This document shows, one piece after another, positions 30,340-39,512 of a stretch of DNA of 64,000 nucleotides. The notes under the pieces are model-generated. The model did not search any database. It saw nothing but the letters and a program-made list of their open reading frames with translations, and was not told the origin of the DNA. The translations under genes and the position numbers were made by a program. This DNA is from Akkermansia sp. (GTDB lineage: Bacteria; Verrucomicrobiota; Verrucomicrobiia; Verrucomicrobiales; Akkermansiaceae): assembly GCA_045634945.1 (NCBI GenBank), contig JAZRBG010000038.1, positions 178,521-242,520 on the forward strand, read 5' to 3'. How positions within the stretch are numbered: position 1 is the stretch's first letter; every line of letters begins with the position of its first letter.

Positions 30340-31725
30340 TTATTTTTGCTCATTTGGGACGGATTGTTCCAAAACCGGCATAAAACGCCAACCTTCAGAT
30401 GCCACGATAACATCATAAATCTCACGTGCCATACCGGCAATTTCAGGATTACTCAGAGCCGTGTTCAGATAATAATCAGCCATGGACGCATCCGGAGGCG
30501 TTACCGAATTACCCACGGCAGCCAGCCCCGCAGCAATGGCGTAAGAATAGTAACCACCCTGTGCGGCGTCTTCCGTGAGGTAATCCAAAGCCTTGCGCAA
30601 ATCGGGTTTCAGACCGCCGCACCCATTGAAATAAAGACTGGCCAAGGCTTTGTTCACCCACTGGTCTCCTTTCTCACGTACCGCATTCAGCAGCTTCAGC
30701 CCGCCCTCGGCATCTGCCTTACAACCGGCACCCAATACTTTGCAAACACCTACACCGGCCATACCGGCAGGAATACCGCATTGAGAGGCGTATTCGAATA
30801 AACGGTATATTCTTGCAGCATCTCCCCCGGGCAACTCACCGGTAGAATAAAACACCGCTAACTGCACGGCTGCCTCAGGAGCCCCCAGCATGGCAGCCAA
30901 TTGCAAAAGACGCTTGGCTTCCGCAGCGTTGTTCTGCACGCCCTCATAAAACTCATTACCACGCAGGTTGACCAGGCCGTACATGTACAAAGCCATCACA
31001 TTATGGCGGTCAGCCGCCGTTATGAGTCGCTTCAGGCAATCCTCCTCCGTATCACCGGGCATCAGGGTTTGAGAAAGAATATACGGCGCGGTGGAACTGC
31101 CGTGGGCCGACGCTTTTTGCATCCACTCAAAAGCTTTCAGCTCGGTAGTTTGCATATTGGCGATAATTTCTTCCAAATAGTGATTATTCTTTTTCAGCTC
31201 GGATGCAACCTCAGGCAACGAAAGATTACCGTTAGCCAAACGGCCGGATTGCAACAGGTAAAGAGCACGAGCCTTGGCGTTGCCCAAGCGGCAAGCTTCC
31301 ATCAACACAGTGAGCGCAGCCGTGGGATTAGTTTCTGCCTTGAGCTGAGAAGCCAAAATCATGGCGGGGGAATATTTACCGCTCACAGCCTTATTCACCA
31401 GCTGCTCAAGGCGCGCATGCTCTGCGGTACCGGGCACGGCAACGGGCAACAGACGCATGGCTAACCAATACTGCGCAGCGGAGCTCCCTGCCGCAGCGGC
31501 TTTCTCCATCATGGGCAGAAAAGCACTTTCATCACCCGTTGCGTTCAGCACCAAAGAGGCAGCATCATAAAAATCTTCACTGCCGCTTTTTACCATTGCC
31601 CGCAACACATCTTGCAATTTTTGTTGCAGTTGAGCATCGGCAGCGGTAACTGGTACGGGGGCGGCAGGTGCAGTCCCAACGGTTGCGGTGGCAAAAGCAA
31701 ACAGTAAAGCGGTATAACGTATCAT
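30340..31725 (-). CDS. Secreted Sel1-like/TPR repeat protein
   Basis: Signal peptide MIRYTALLFAFATATVGTAPA followed by repeated Sel1-type units (GSSAAQYWLAMRL, GNAKARALYLL, GAPEAAVQLAVFY, ...). Confidence 0.75.
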   Translation of the reverse strand: MIRYTALLFAFATATVGTAPAAPVPVTAADAQLQQKLQDVLRAMVKSGSEDFYDAASLVLNATGDESAFLPMMEKAAAAGSSAAQYWLAMRLLPVAVPGTAEHARLEQLVNKAVSGKYSPAMILASQLKAETNPTAALTVLMEACRLGNAKARALYLLQSGRLANGNLSLPEVASELKKNNHYLEEIIANMQTTELKAFEWMQKASAHGSSTAPYILSQTLMPGDTEEDCLKRLITAADRHNVMALYMYGLVNLRGNEFYEGVQNNAAEAKRLLQLAAMLGAPEAAVQLAVFYSTGELPGGDAARIYRLFEYASQCGIPAGMAGVGVCKVLGAGCKADAEGGLKLLNAVREKGDQWVNKALASLYFNGCGGLKPDLRKALDYLTEDAAQGGYYSYAIAAGLAAVGNSVTPPDASMADYYLNTALSNPEIAGMAREIYDVIVASEGWRFMPVLEQSVPNEQK

Positions 31726-31731
31726 GCCGCT

Positions 31732-31761
31732 ATTATACACAGCGGCATGATACAGAATCAA
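31732..31761 (-). promoter_or_regulatory. Putative promoter TTGATT-18-TATAAT of the Sel1-repeat gene
   Basis: The -10 ends 6 nt before ATG 31725, implying a leaderless transcript. Confidence 0.5.
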
Positions 31762-31784
31762 GCAATTTTTACAACACACAAGCG

Positions 31785-32948
31785 TCAGCACCCTATAATA
31801 CGGGCTGCCGCCTCACGTGCCAAGGCATCATCTTCCAGTATGATATCCAAACACCCCTTATAATCACGCGGTGTAAGAGCAGCCAAGGCTTTTTCAACGG
31901 TCTGCCAGATACCGGGGAATGAAAGTCGCCCCTCTACAAAGGCTTGCACCGCCACCTCATTGGCAGCATTGTACATGGCAGGAGCCGTACCGCCTATGAG
32001 ACCGCATTGACGAGCCAATGACAAAGCCGGAAAATCTGCCCAGCGCGGGGCTTCAAACTTGAGTGAGGCAATTTCTGCCAAATTGAGGCGCTTGAGAGAG
32101 TTTGGCGTGCGCTCCGGCCAGGTAACGGCATACTGAATGGGGAAACACATATCACTGCTGCTCAGCTGTGCCAGGATAGAACCGTCTCGGAACTCCACCA
32201 ATGAATGCACGATACTTTGAGGGTGAACAATCACATCCACCTGTTCCATGGGGATGCCGAACAGCCAACGGGCTTCTATCATTTCAAGTCCTTTATTGAA
32301 AAGCGTGGCAGAGTCAATGGTAATCTTACGCCCCATATTCCACGTAGGATGCTTGAGTGCCTGCTCTAAGGTAACGGAGGCCAGTTGTTCCGCAGGAGTG
32401 GTGCGGAAAGGCCCGCCACTGGCAGTCAGGATAAGGCGACTTACCTGCTCAGGGCCACCGTGATTGCCCTGCAAGCATTGGAAAATGGCGTTATGCTCAC
32501 TGTCCACCGGCAACACATTAATCCCCTTGGCGGCAGCGCGGTTCATCACCACCTCGCCCGCCATCACCAAAATCTCTTTAGAGGCAATGGCCAAGTCTTT
32601 ACCGGCTTCAATGGCCTGCAAGGTAGGCTTAAGACCGGCCGTGCCGATGATGGACACCAACACCATATCCGCCTGCTCAAGGGTTGCAAGCTCACACAAC
32701 CCCTCCAAACCGCAAAGAATGCGCGTATCCGCAGGCACCAGTTCTTTCAACCGAGCTACCCCCGCAGGGTCAAAAAGGCAAACATCTTTCACGCCGAACT
32801 CATTTACCTGAGCAGCAAGTGTTTCCACACTGCTGTGAGCGGCAAGGCCCACCACCTCCATACGCTCCGGTATATCACGCGCAACTTTAAGAGCGCTGGT
32901 ACCGATACTGCCCGTAGACCCGAGAATGACGACGCGTTTTCTGTTCAT
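31785..32948 (-). CDS. dxr: 1-deoxy-D-xylulose-5-phosphate reductoisomerase
   Basis: N-terminal ILGSTGSIGTSAL NADPH motif and full-length Dxr pattern. Confidence 0.95.
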   Translation of the reverse strand: MNRKRVVILGSTGSIGTSALKVARDIPERMEVVGLAAHSSVETLAAQVNEFGVKDVCLFDPAGVARLKELVPADTRILCGLEGLCELATLEQADMVLVSIIGTAGLKPTLQAIEAGKDLAIASKEILVMAGEVVMNRAAAKGINVLPVDSEHNAIFQCLQGNHGGPEQVSRLILTASGGPFRTTPAEQLASVTLEQALKHPTWNMGRKITIDSATLFNKGLEMIEARWLFGIPMEQVDVIVHPQSIVHSLVEFRDGSILAQLSSSDMCFPIQYAVTWPERTPNSLKRLNLAEIASLKFEAPRWADFPALSLARQCGLIGGTAPAMYNAANEVAVQAFVEGRLSFPGIWQTVEKALAALTPRDYKGCLDIILEDDALAREAAARIIGC

Positions 32949-32957
32949 GCGAACAAT

Positions 32958-32986
32958 ACTCTACATGATATTGCCGCATTTTGCAA
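32958..32986 (-). promoter_or_regulatory. Putative promoter TTGCAA-17-TAGAGT of dxr
   Basis: The -10 ends 9 nt before the dxr ATG. It sits back-to-back with the rnpB promoter. Confidence 0.5.
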
Positions 32987-33014
32987 GTCTGAAAGCAACG
33001 CGCACAGTTTAGGC

Positions 33015-33043
33015 TTGCAAATACGGATGCATTGGTGTAGAGT
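33015..33043 (+). promoter_or_regulatory. Putative promoter TTGCAA-17-TAGAGT of rnpB
   Basis: The predicted TSS (about 33050) coincides with the 5' strand of the P1 helix. Confidence 0.55.
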
Positions 33044-33049
33044 TGCTCT

Positions 33050-33430
33050 GCCGTTCGGGTTCGGGTGGTCGCTGTGTCCTTTCTGAGGATGTAGAGGAAA
33101 GTCCGGACATCACAAGGCAGCGTGTCCTCTGAAAGGGGGAGACACCCGGAGCCAATGCCGGGTGGACGGAAAGTGCCACAGAAAATATACCGCCTGCAAA
33201 GGTAAGGGTGAAAAGGTGGGGTAGGAGCCCACCGCTCCGAAGGTAACAACGAAGGCAGCGAAAACCCCGCGCGATGCAAGACGAACAGGGGAAGGGTAGC
33301 CTGCCCGCTCATAATCCCCGGGTATTAGTTGCACCTTGCTATAAACGCAGGGCACGCCTTCGGGCGTGAGAAAAATGACCGCACAGCCCGCAAGGGTGGA
33401 CAGAATCTGGCTTACAGAACCCGAACGGCC
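33050..33430 (+). ncRNA. rnpB: RNase P RNA, bacterial type A
   Basis: Universal GAGGAAAGTCCGGAC (P4 5' strand), AGTGCCACAGAAA, and a 3' ACAGAATCTGGCTTACAG element. P1 pairs 33051-33062 (CCGTTCGGGTTC) with 33417-33428 (GAACCCGAACGG). Confidence 0.88.
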
Positions 33431-33474
33431 CCCCTCATAACACTAAAAAAAGCTCATCATTACACGCTTTGAGC

Positions 33475-33503
33475 TTGAAAGCACGGCATAAAGCTGGTAC
33501 TAT
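33475..33503 (+). promoter_or_regulatory. Putative promoter TTGAAA-17-TACTAT of coaE-rho
   Basis: The -10 ends 8 nt before GTG 33512, implying a leaderless or 1-2 nt leader transcript. Confidence 0.5.
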
Positions 33504-33511
33504 CTGCCCCC

Positions 33512-35401
33512 GTGAAGGTAATTGTTGTAACAGGAGGCATCGCCTCGGGCAAATCTACGGTTGTTAAAATGCTCACCGAAATAGGGGGCAAGGGTGTAGA
33601 AGTTTTTGACTGTGATAAAGCAGTGGAAGAATTGCAGGAAAGCGGCAAACTTTCTCGTGATTTGGTTACGGCTTTCGGTGAAAACGCCCTTACTCCGGAA
33701 GGAGCAGTCAACAAAGACCTGCTGCGTGACATTGTACGCAATAATCCCGAGGGTCGCCGCAAGTTGGATGAAATCGTGCATCCCAAAATTGCTCAAATGT
33801 GCTTGGAGGCACAGGCTGCCGCACGCAACAGTGAGTGTGTGCACACCTTCATTGTAGACATTCCCCTTTACTTTGAGAGCCCCGTTGAGTTCAAAGCAGA
33901 CCGCGTATGCCTTGCCGCCACCACCCCGGAGACACAGGTGCGCCGCATGATGGCACGCGATGGCTTCACCAGAGAAGAGGCAGAGGCCATGATTGCGGCC
34001 CAAATGCCCACGCAGGAGAAGATTGAAAAATCTGCCACCGTGTTCTGGAATGAGGGTTCCGTAGAAATTTTGCGCGCCCAGGTTCAGTACCTGTTCAACT
34101 CCGAACTGGCAAAGGATGCAGAGGCCGTACAGGCCCGCACCACCATCATAGACCTCAATCAGTTGAGAGCCCTGCCCCTCAACGAGCTGCAAAAGATAGC
34201 AGCAGGTACCCTCAAGCAGGGGGCCGCCGGACTCACCCGCCCCGAGATTATTCATGAGCTGGGTAAAGCCTACGCCAAACTCGGTAATCAGGTATACGTA
34301 ACGGGTGTACTTGATTTTGCCCGCGATGGTAATGTATTGCTGCGCGATGAGCAGCGCAGTTTCCGCCATTGCAAGGATGACATCCTCATCATGCCCGATG
34401 CCATTCGCCGCTTCAAGCTTCGCCCCGGCAACAAGATTAAAGTACGCTTGGCACAGGAGCAAAGCAGCAAGGCTAATCGCAATCTGCGCGCCTTTGACGT
34501 AGTAGAGATAGAAGGCATCCCCGCCAAGAAATTCACACAATTCAAAGACTTTGAGCAGCTCACCCCCCTGTTCCCGCGCGAGCGTCTGATGCTGGAGAAC
34601 CCTGAGCTCAAAATCCCGGCCATGCGCGTGCTGGACCTCATCACCCCGCTGGGTATGGGGCAGAGAGCTCTTATCGTGGCACCTCCCCGCGGCGGTAAAA
34701 CCGTGCTGCTCAAGAGCATGGCAAAGTCCATACGCGCCAATTATCCCGATGCGGAGCTTTTGATTCTGTTGTTGGATGAGCGCCCCGAAGAGGTAACTGA
34801 TTTTGAAGAATCCGTAGATGCTCCCGTATATGCCTCTACGTTTGACGAGCCCTCCAAGCGCCATGCGCAGCTGAGCGACTTCGTGCTGGAGCGTGCCCGC
34901 AGACTCGTTGAGCAAGGCAAGAACGTGATTATCATGCTGGACTCCCTCACCCGCCTTTCCCGCGGTTACAACGCCAACCAAGTGGGTGGCCGCATCATGT
35001 CCGGCGGCCTCGGTTCCAATGCTTTGGAGCGTCCCCGCAAATTCTTCGGCTCTGCCCGTAATGTGGAAGAGGGCGGCAGTCTCACCATTATTGCCACCTG
35101 CCTTGTTGATACGGAATCCCGCATGGACGAGATTATCTTTGAGGAGTTCAAGGGAACGGGCAATATGGAAATCAGACTGGACCGCGAGCTTTCCGAGCGC
35201 CGCATCTACCCGGCCATCTCCATCCCGCAAAGCGGTACGCGTAATGATGACCGACTCTATCACCCCGATGAGTTTACACGCATTCAGCAGTTGCGCCGCC
35301 AATTGGCCACCCTGCCCGGCTGGGAAGCACTGGAGACCCTGCTCAAAAATATCAAGCGCACGCAAAACAATGCCGAGCTGCTAATCAGCGGCATCAGGTA
35401 A
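33512..35401 (+). CDS. rho: Dephospho-CoA kinase (CoaE) fused in-frame to transcription termination factor Rho
   Basis: Residues 1 to about 195 form a CoaE-like module with P-loop GGIASGKST. Residues from about 213 to 629 are a complete Rho (LNELQKIA N-domain, [10 protein letters not shown] Walker [33 protein letters not shown]). No stop codon separates the two parts. Confidence 0.85.
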   Translation: MKVIVVTGGIASGKSTVVKMLTEIGGKGVEVFDCDKAVEELQESGKLSRDLVTAFGENALTPEGAVNKDLLRDIVRNNPEGRRKLDEIVHPKIAQMCLEAQAAARNSECVHTFIVDIPLYFESPVEFKADRVCLAATTPETQVRRMMARDGFTREEAEAMIAAQMPTQEKIEKSATVFWNEGSVEILRAQVQYLFNSELAKDAEAVQARTTIIDLNQLRALPLNELQKIAAGTLKQGAAGLTRPEIIHELGKAYAKLGNQVYVTGVLDFARDGNVLLRDEQRSFRHCKDDILIMPDAIRRFKLRPGNKIKVRLAQEQSSKANRNLRAFDVVEIEGIPAKKFTQFKDFEQLTPLFPRERLMLENPELKIPAMRVLDLITPLGMGQRALIVAPPRGGKTVLLKSMAKSIRANYPDAELLILLLDERPEEVTDFEESVDAPVYASTFDEPSKRHAQLSDFVLERARRLVEQGKNVIIMLDSLTRLSRGYNANQVGGRIMSGGLGSNALERPRKFFGSARNVEEGGSLTIIATCLVDTESRMDEIIFEEFKGTGNMEIRLDRELSERRIYPAISIPQSGTRNDDRLYHPDEFTRIQQLRRQLATLPGWEALETLLKNIKRTQNNAELLISGIR

Positions 35402-35427
35402 GCATACCACTACATAGAGTTTACTCT

Positions 35428-35461
35428 AGCCCCGACAGATACATTCTGTCGGGGCTTTTTC
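35428..35461 (+). terminator. Rho-independent terminator after coaE-rho
   Basis: Stem AGCCCCGACAGA / TCTGTCGGGGCT followed by TTTTT. Confidence 0.75.
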
Positions 35462-35495
35462 TGATGAAAAACGGCATAAAAAAGCTGAAAGATAC

Positions 35496-35524
35496 TTGAA
35501 AACAGAATCAAAAAGTGCTAGAAT
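35496..35524 (+). promoter_or_regulatory. Putative promoter TTGAAA-17-TAGAAT
   Basis: Lies about 48 nt upstream of ATG 35572. Confidence 0.5.
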
Positions 35525-35571
35525 AATCTCAGAGCCGAATACAGGCATCAATTTCACAACGTTATTAAACT

Positions 35572-37653
35572 ATGTCACTCGAATCATTCTTCAATCCGAA
35601 GAGCATTGCCGTGGTCGGCGTATCCGCTGACTCCTCCAAGCTGGGCGCCGTTGTATTCAACAACATTATTGCTGCTGATTACAAAGGCAATCTTTACGGT
35701 GTAAACCCCAAGATGGCCGGCCAGGAGCTGTGTGGCAAGCCCTGCTATGCCAGCGTTGATACGCTGCCCGAACCGATGGATCTGGTAGTCATCCTCGTAC
35801 CCGCTCGTTTCACCGAGCCCGTTGTGGACGCCTGCATTGCCAACGGCACCAAGAACATCTCCATCATCACCGCCGGTTTCGCTGAGGTGGGTGAGAAGGA
35901 GCTTGAAAAGCGCATTGCTCAGAAGTGCTTGGACAACGGCATCAATCTGCTTGGTCCGAACTGCTTGGGTCACATCTCCACCTTTGACAACGTAAACGCC
36001 TCTTTCGCTGACGGTTTCCCCGCCCGCGGCAACGTGGCTTTCGTATCTCAGTCCGGTGCATACTGCTCCGCTATCATGGACTGGGCTGCCGGCAAGGGCA
36101 TCGGCTTCTCCCACTTCATCTCCATCGGTAACAAGGCCGTTATGGGTGAGGACGCTCTGCTTGCCGCCCTCAAGGATGACCCCAACACCAACGCTTTCGT
36201 ATTCTATCTTGAATCCCTCAAGAACGGTAAGGAGTTCCTCAAGGTGATTAAGCAGGTTTCCGATACCAAGCCCTGCGTAATCATGGAGCCCGGCAAGAGC
36301 GCCAAGGCTCAGGCTGCTTCCCTTTCTCACACCGGTTCTCTTGCCCCGAACTACCGCGTGCTTGAGATGGCTCTTCAGAGCGCCGGTGCCATTCAGGCCT
36401 ACAATGACCGCGAGCTCTTCGGCCTGCTTGAGGTACTGCAATACTGCAACCACAACCAGTTTGACGGCAAGGTAGCCGTACTCACCAACGCCGGTGGCGT
36501 GGGCGTGCTTACCTCCGACCTTTGCGAAGAGGCCGGTCTTGACTTGGCTCCCCCCAGCGATGAGACAAAGGCCGCCCTGCGTGCCGTACTTACCCCCGAG
36601 GCTTCTCTGGGCAACCCCATCGACGTAGTGGGCGACGCCAAGGCCGACCGTTATGAGGCAGCCCTCAAGGTACTTTGCGAGAGCGGTGAGTACAAGAACA
36701 TTCTCGTTCTCCTTACCCCGCAGCGTGTAACGGAGTGCCCCGAGACTGCTCAGGCTATCATTAAGCTGGCTCCCCAGTACCCCAACGTGAACATCTACTG
36801 CTCCTTCGTGGGCGGTGCCCGCGTAGACGAGGGTCGCGTGCTGCTGAACGAGGCTAAGATTCTCAACTACGAGTATCCCGCCGACATCGTTCGCTTGCTC
36901 GGTCTGCTCAAGGCTCAGATGGCTTTCCGCGGCAAGAAGCTTGCCACCTGCGAGACCGGTGAGGTGCCCGCCGAAATCAAGGCTGCCGTTACCTCTGCCA
37001 AGGAAGCCGGCCTTGCCTCCCTGCCCCAGGAGACCGTCAACATGCTCATGGACCACTACGGTATCGATTACCCGAAGTGCGGTAACTTCACCGATAAGGA
37101 AGAAGCCCTTGCCTTCTGCAAGACCATCTTCCCGAACGCCGTGGTGCTCAAGCTCTCCGCTCCCGATGCTCTGCACAAGACCGAAATGAAGGGTATCTAC
37201 CTCAACATTAATGATGAGGCTTCCTTCAATGAGGCTTGGGAAGGCCTGTGGGGCTCCATCACCAAGTTCAACCTCAAGGGTGCTTCCGTTCTCATTCAGG
37301 AGATGATTACCAAGGCTACCGAAACCATCATCGGCGTGAACACAGACCACAACTTCGGTCGCGTCATGGTATTCGGCACCGGTGGTATCTACACCGAGGT
37401 AATGCGCGACACAACCATGCGCATTCTGCCCGCCGATGACTTCTCCGACATGATTAAGGAGACCAAGGTAGGCACCATCCTCAACGGTGTACGCGGCGAG
37501 GCTCCCAAGGCCGTAGGTCCCTTAGCCGACACGCTTGCCAAGGTTCAGAAGCTTGTGCTTGAGATTCCTGAGATTACCGCTATTGACGGCAACCCCGTTC
37601 TCGTAACGGCTGACCGCGCTGTGGTGGTTGACTTCAAGATGATTCTTAAGTAA
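35572..37653 (+). CDS. ADP-forming acetyl-CoA synthetase / acetate-CoA ligase family protein (fused alpha-beta)
   Basis: N-terminal CoA-binding domain (PKSIAVVGVS), a succinyl-CoA-synthetase-like ligase domain, and a C-terminal ATP-grasp domain. 693 aa. Confidence 0.85.
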   Translation: MSLESFFNPKSIAVVGVSADSSKLGAVVFNNIIAADYKGNLYGVNPKMAGQELCGKPCYASVDTLPEPMDLVVILVPARFTEPVVDACIANGTKNISIITAGFAEVGEKELEKRIAQKCLDNGINLLGPNCLGHISTFDNVNASFADGFPARGNVAFVSQSGAYCSAIMDWAAGKGIGFSHFISIGNKAVMGEDALLAALKDDPNTNAFVFYLESLKNGKEFLKVIKQVSDTKPCVIMEPGKSAKAQAASLSHTGSLAPNYRVLEMALQSAGAIQAYNDRELFGLLEVLQYCNHNQFDGKVAVLTNAGGVGVLTSDLCEEAGLDLAPPSDETKAALRAVLTPEASLGNPIDVVGDAKADRYEAALKVLCESGEYKNILVLLTPQRVTECPETAQAIIKLAPQYPNVNIYCSFVGGARVDEGRVLLNEAKILNYEYPADIVRLLGLLKAQMAFRGKKLATCETGEVPAEIKAAVTSAKEAGLASLPQETVNMLMDHYGIDYPKCGNFTDKEEALAFCKTIFPNAVVLKLSAPDALHKTEMKGIYLNINDEASFNEAWEGLWGSITKFNLKGASVLIQEMITKATETIIGVNTDHNFGRVMVFGTGGIYTEVMRDTTMRILPADDFSDMIKETKVGTILNGVRGEAPKAVGPLADTLAKVQKLVLEIPEITAIDGNPVLVTADRAVVVDFKMILK

Positions 37654-37677
37654 TCAGCATCTGCATTCCGACTTCAG

Positions 37678-37704
37678 GGTCGCGCTCCCATGCGGAGCGC
37701 GACC
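37678..37704 (+). terminator. Terminator-like GC-rich hairpin
   Basis: Stem GGTCGCGCTCC / GGAGCGCGACC. The T-tract is weak (TTCCCT). Confidence 0.5.
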
Positions 37705-37897
37705 TTCCCTATGAAGATATTGAGGTTACTCCTCAGATAGCCCCTTTTCCGGGTATTTTCCGCAACTTATCCTCAACCACCCGTTTTTTAGCTTTTTTTA
37801 CAAAAAACAAAAAAAGTTGTAATTCTATATCACGTTGAAATACGTCAGGTTACATAGCATTCGCAAAAATTAATACTGCGCAATACAATAAAAAAGC

Positions 37898-37926
37898 TTG
37901 CATTTTTCTCAAAAATAGTGCAATAT
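37898..37926 (+). promoter_or_regulatory. Putative promoter TTGCAT-17-CAATAT
   Basis: Preceded by an A-rich tract (AAAAAAGC), as at the tRNA-Ser promoter. It lies 29 nt upstream of ATG 37956. Confidence 0.45.
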
Positions 37927-37955
37927 GTGCGCGACAACAACACTTCCCTTCGAAC

Positions 37956-39437
37956 ATGTCAAAAAAACTCAAAATCGGACTCATTCAAAATGACCCCATC
38001 ACTGCCGACCTCTCCCGCAATCTTCGCCAGATTGTTCAGGGGTATCGTGAATGTCTGGAACACGGTGCAGACATTGTCGTAGCCTCTGCTCATGCACTTT
38101 GCGGTGCCGGGGTAAAAGATTTGGCCAAGAGAATTTCGTTCCTTCAACAAACGGAGGATGCCATTGAAACTCTTGCGGCAGAGCTGAGCAACACACCGCT
38201 CATCGTCGGTGCCTACGCTCTCCCCCAAACGTTTACCCAAATTTTCGGGGAAGACTCAGATTGTGAGGATGAGCCCGCCTACGTATTTAATGAGGCCACA
38301 GAAGGACGCATCGTTCCCTACCTGCTCGAAAACGGCGATGTTACCGAATTGACCGCAGCTGAAACCATTGATATCAACGGTGTCAACGTCTATATTGACA
38401 TGCATGAGCTGGAAGTATTGATTGATGATGAAGATGTAGACCTCATCGTTCACATGCCGACAACCTCCTGGCATACCAAACTTGCACAAGAGAACGAAGA
38501 AAACCGACTGTGGGAGGCCACTCAAAACAATGCTCCCGTGGTATGTGTTCGCCCCGTAGCCACGGCAGACGGTGTTATTTACGGCGGTGGCTCCGGCGTC
38601 TATTTGCCCGGTAATGTAACCCACACAAGACTCCCCTTCTTTGAGCCTGCCGCCAAGGTGGCCCGTATTTCCTCTACATCTACGGCAAGAGCATTGCCCA
38701 CGGATGAGGAGCTTTTAACTCTGGCCTTGGAGCATGGCATACGCGATACCATGAGACTGAACGGCTATGTAGGCGTTTGCCTTTCTCTTGATGAACCGCA
38801 CAGCTTGCTTCTTGCTGCACTTTGCGCAGAGGCAGTGGGAGCCTCCAACGTGCATGGCATCAGCTTCACGCAAGAGAAAAACCGCGCAGAATCCCTGCAC
38901 ATTGTGACTAAACATTTCAAAGAAACGGAATCCAGCCAAGAGACGCAAGCGGAGTTTGCCGATACCATGGAAGAGGTGCTGCGCTCCAGACAGCGTAATA
39001 CGCTGCTCATCACCTACGCAGACCGCCACGGTTTGCTGCCCCTCAGTGCCATTACCCGCCACGATATCATGCTGAATAATTTTGTTCTCTATGGAAATGC
39101 GGGTGGCTATCTGGCACCGCTGGGTAATATGTATGAGATGGATGCCTACATGCTCAGCACATATTTCAACGAGAAACATGATGGACTTTTCGGCACGCTG
39201 AAGCAACCGGAGCATCCTGAGCAAGACCGCATTATTCATGAACTTGCAGACCGCAACATCAGCGCAGGTGCACTTCTGAATGACCATGTGTGCCCCTTCT
39301 CTGAAAGTGATGTACGTTCAGTACAGCGTCGCATCATTGCCTCTGCTCAAAAACGCACCCAGCTTCCCATGGTGCTGCGTATTGATGCAGAATACCAGCG
39401 TCTCGACATTCCGACGATTCACCGCCTGAATGACTGA
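37956..39437 (+). CDS. Glutamine-dependent NAD+ synthetase-like protein with degenerate catalytic motifs
   Basis: Two-domain NadE layout (CN-hydrolase-like N-terminus, PP-loop-like C-terminus, C-terminal QKRTQLP). SLDEPHS replaces SGGxDS, and I see no E-K-C triad. Confidence 0.6.
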   Translation: MSKKLKIGLIQNDPITADLSRNLRQIVQGYRECLEHGADIVVASAHALCGAGVKDLAKRISFLQQTEDAIETLAAELSNTPLIVGAYALPQTFTQIFGEDSDCEDEPAYVFNEATEGRIVPYLLENGDVTELTAAETIDINGVNVYIDMHELEVLIDDEDVDLIVHMPTTSWHTKLAQENEENRLWEATQNNAPVVCVRPVATADGVIYGGGSGVYLPGNVTHTRLPFFEPAAKVARISSTSTARALPTDEELLTLALEHGIRDTMRLNGYVGVCLSLDEPHSLLLAALCAEAVGASNVHGISFTQEKNRAESLHIVTKHFKETESSQETQAEFADTMEEVLRSRQRNTLLITYADRHGLLPLSAITRHDIMLNNFVLYGNAGGYLAPLGNMYEMDAYMLSTYFNEKHDGLFGTLKQPEHPEQDRIIHELADRNISAGALLNDHVCPFSESDVRSVQRRIIASAQKRTQLPMVLRIDAEYQRLDIPTIHRLND

Positions 39438-39461
39438 CGTCTGAAATACAAGTCAACAAAC

Positions 39462-39503
39462 AGCACCGTCTCTGCCCGCAGCAAAGACGGTGCTTTTCTT
39501 TTT
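39462..39503. terminator. Bidirectional terminator
   Basis: Stem AGCACCGTCT / AGACGGTGCT followed by a T-rich tract. It lies between convergent genes. Confidence 0.7.
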
Positions 39504-39512
39504 ATCATTTAT

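Noticed and set aside
32887-33355. Two minus-strand ORFs (141 aa and 81 aa) in the dxr to coaE-rho gap.
   Set aside because: The region is fully explained by RNase P RNA on the plus strand, with conserved GAGGAAAGTCCGG, P1 pairing and its own promoter.
37705-37897. A roughly 190-bp AT-rich non-coding stretch after the acetyl-CoA synthetase terminator, considered as a possible sRNA or riboswitch.
   Set aside because: It contains only short hairpins (TGAGG-N5-CCTCA, TTACAA...TTGTAA). I recognised no conserved riboswitch core, promoter-terminator pair or ORF, so I left it unannotated.
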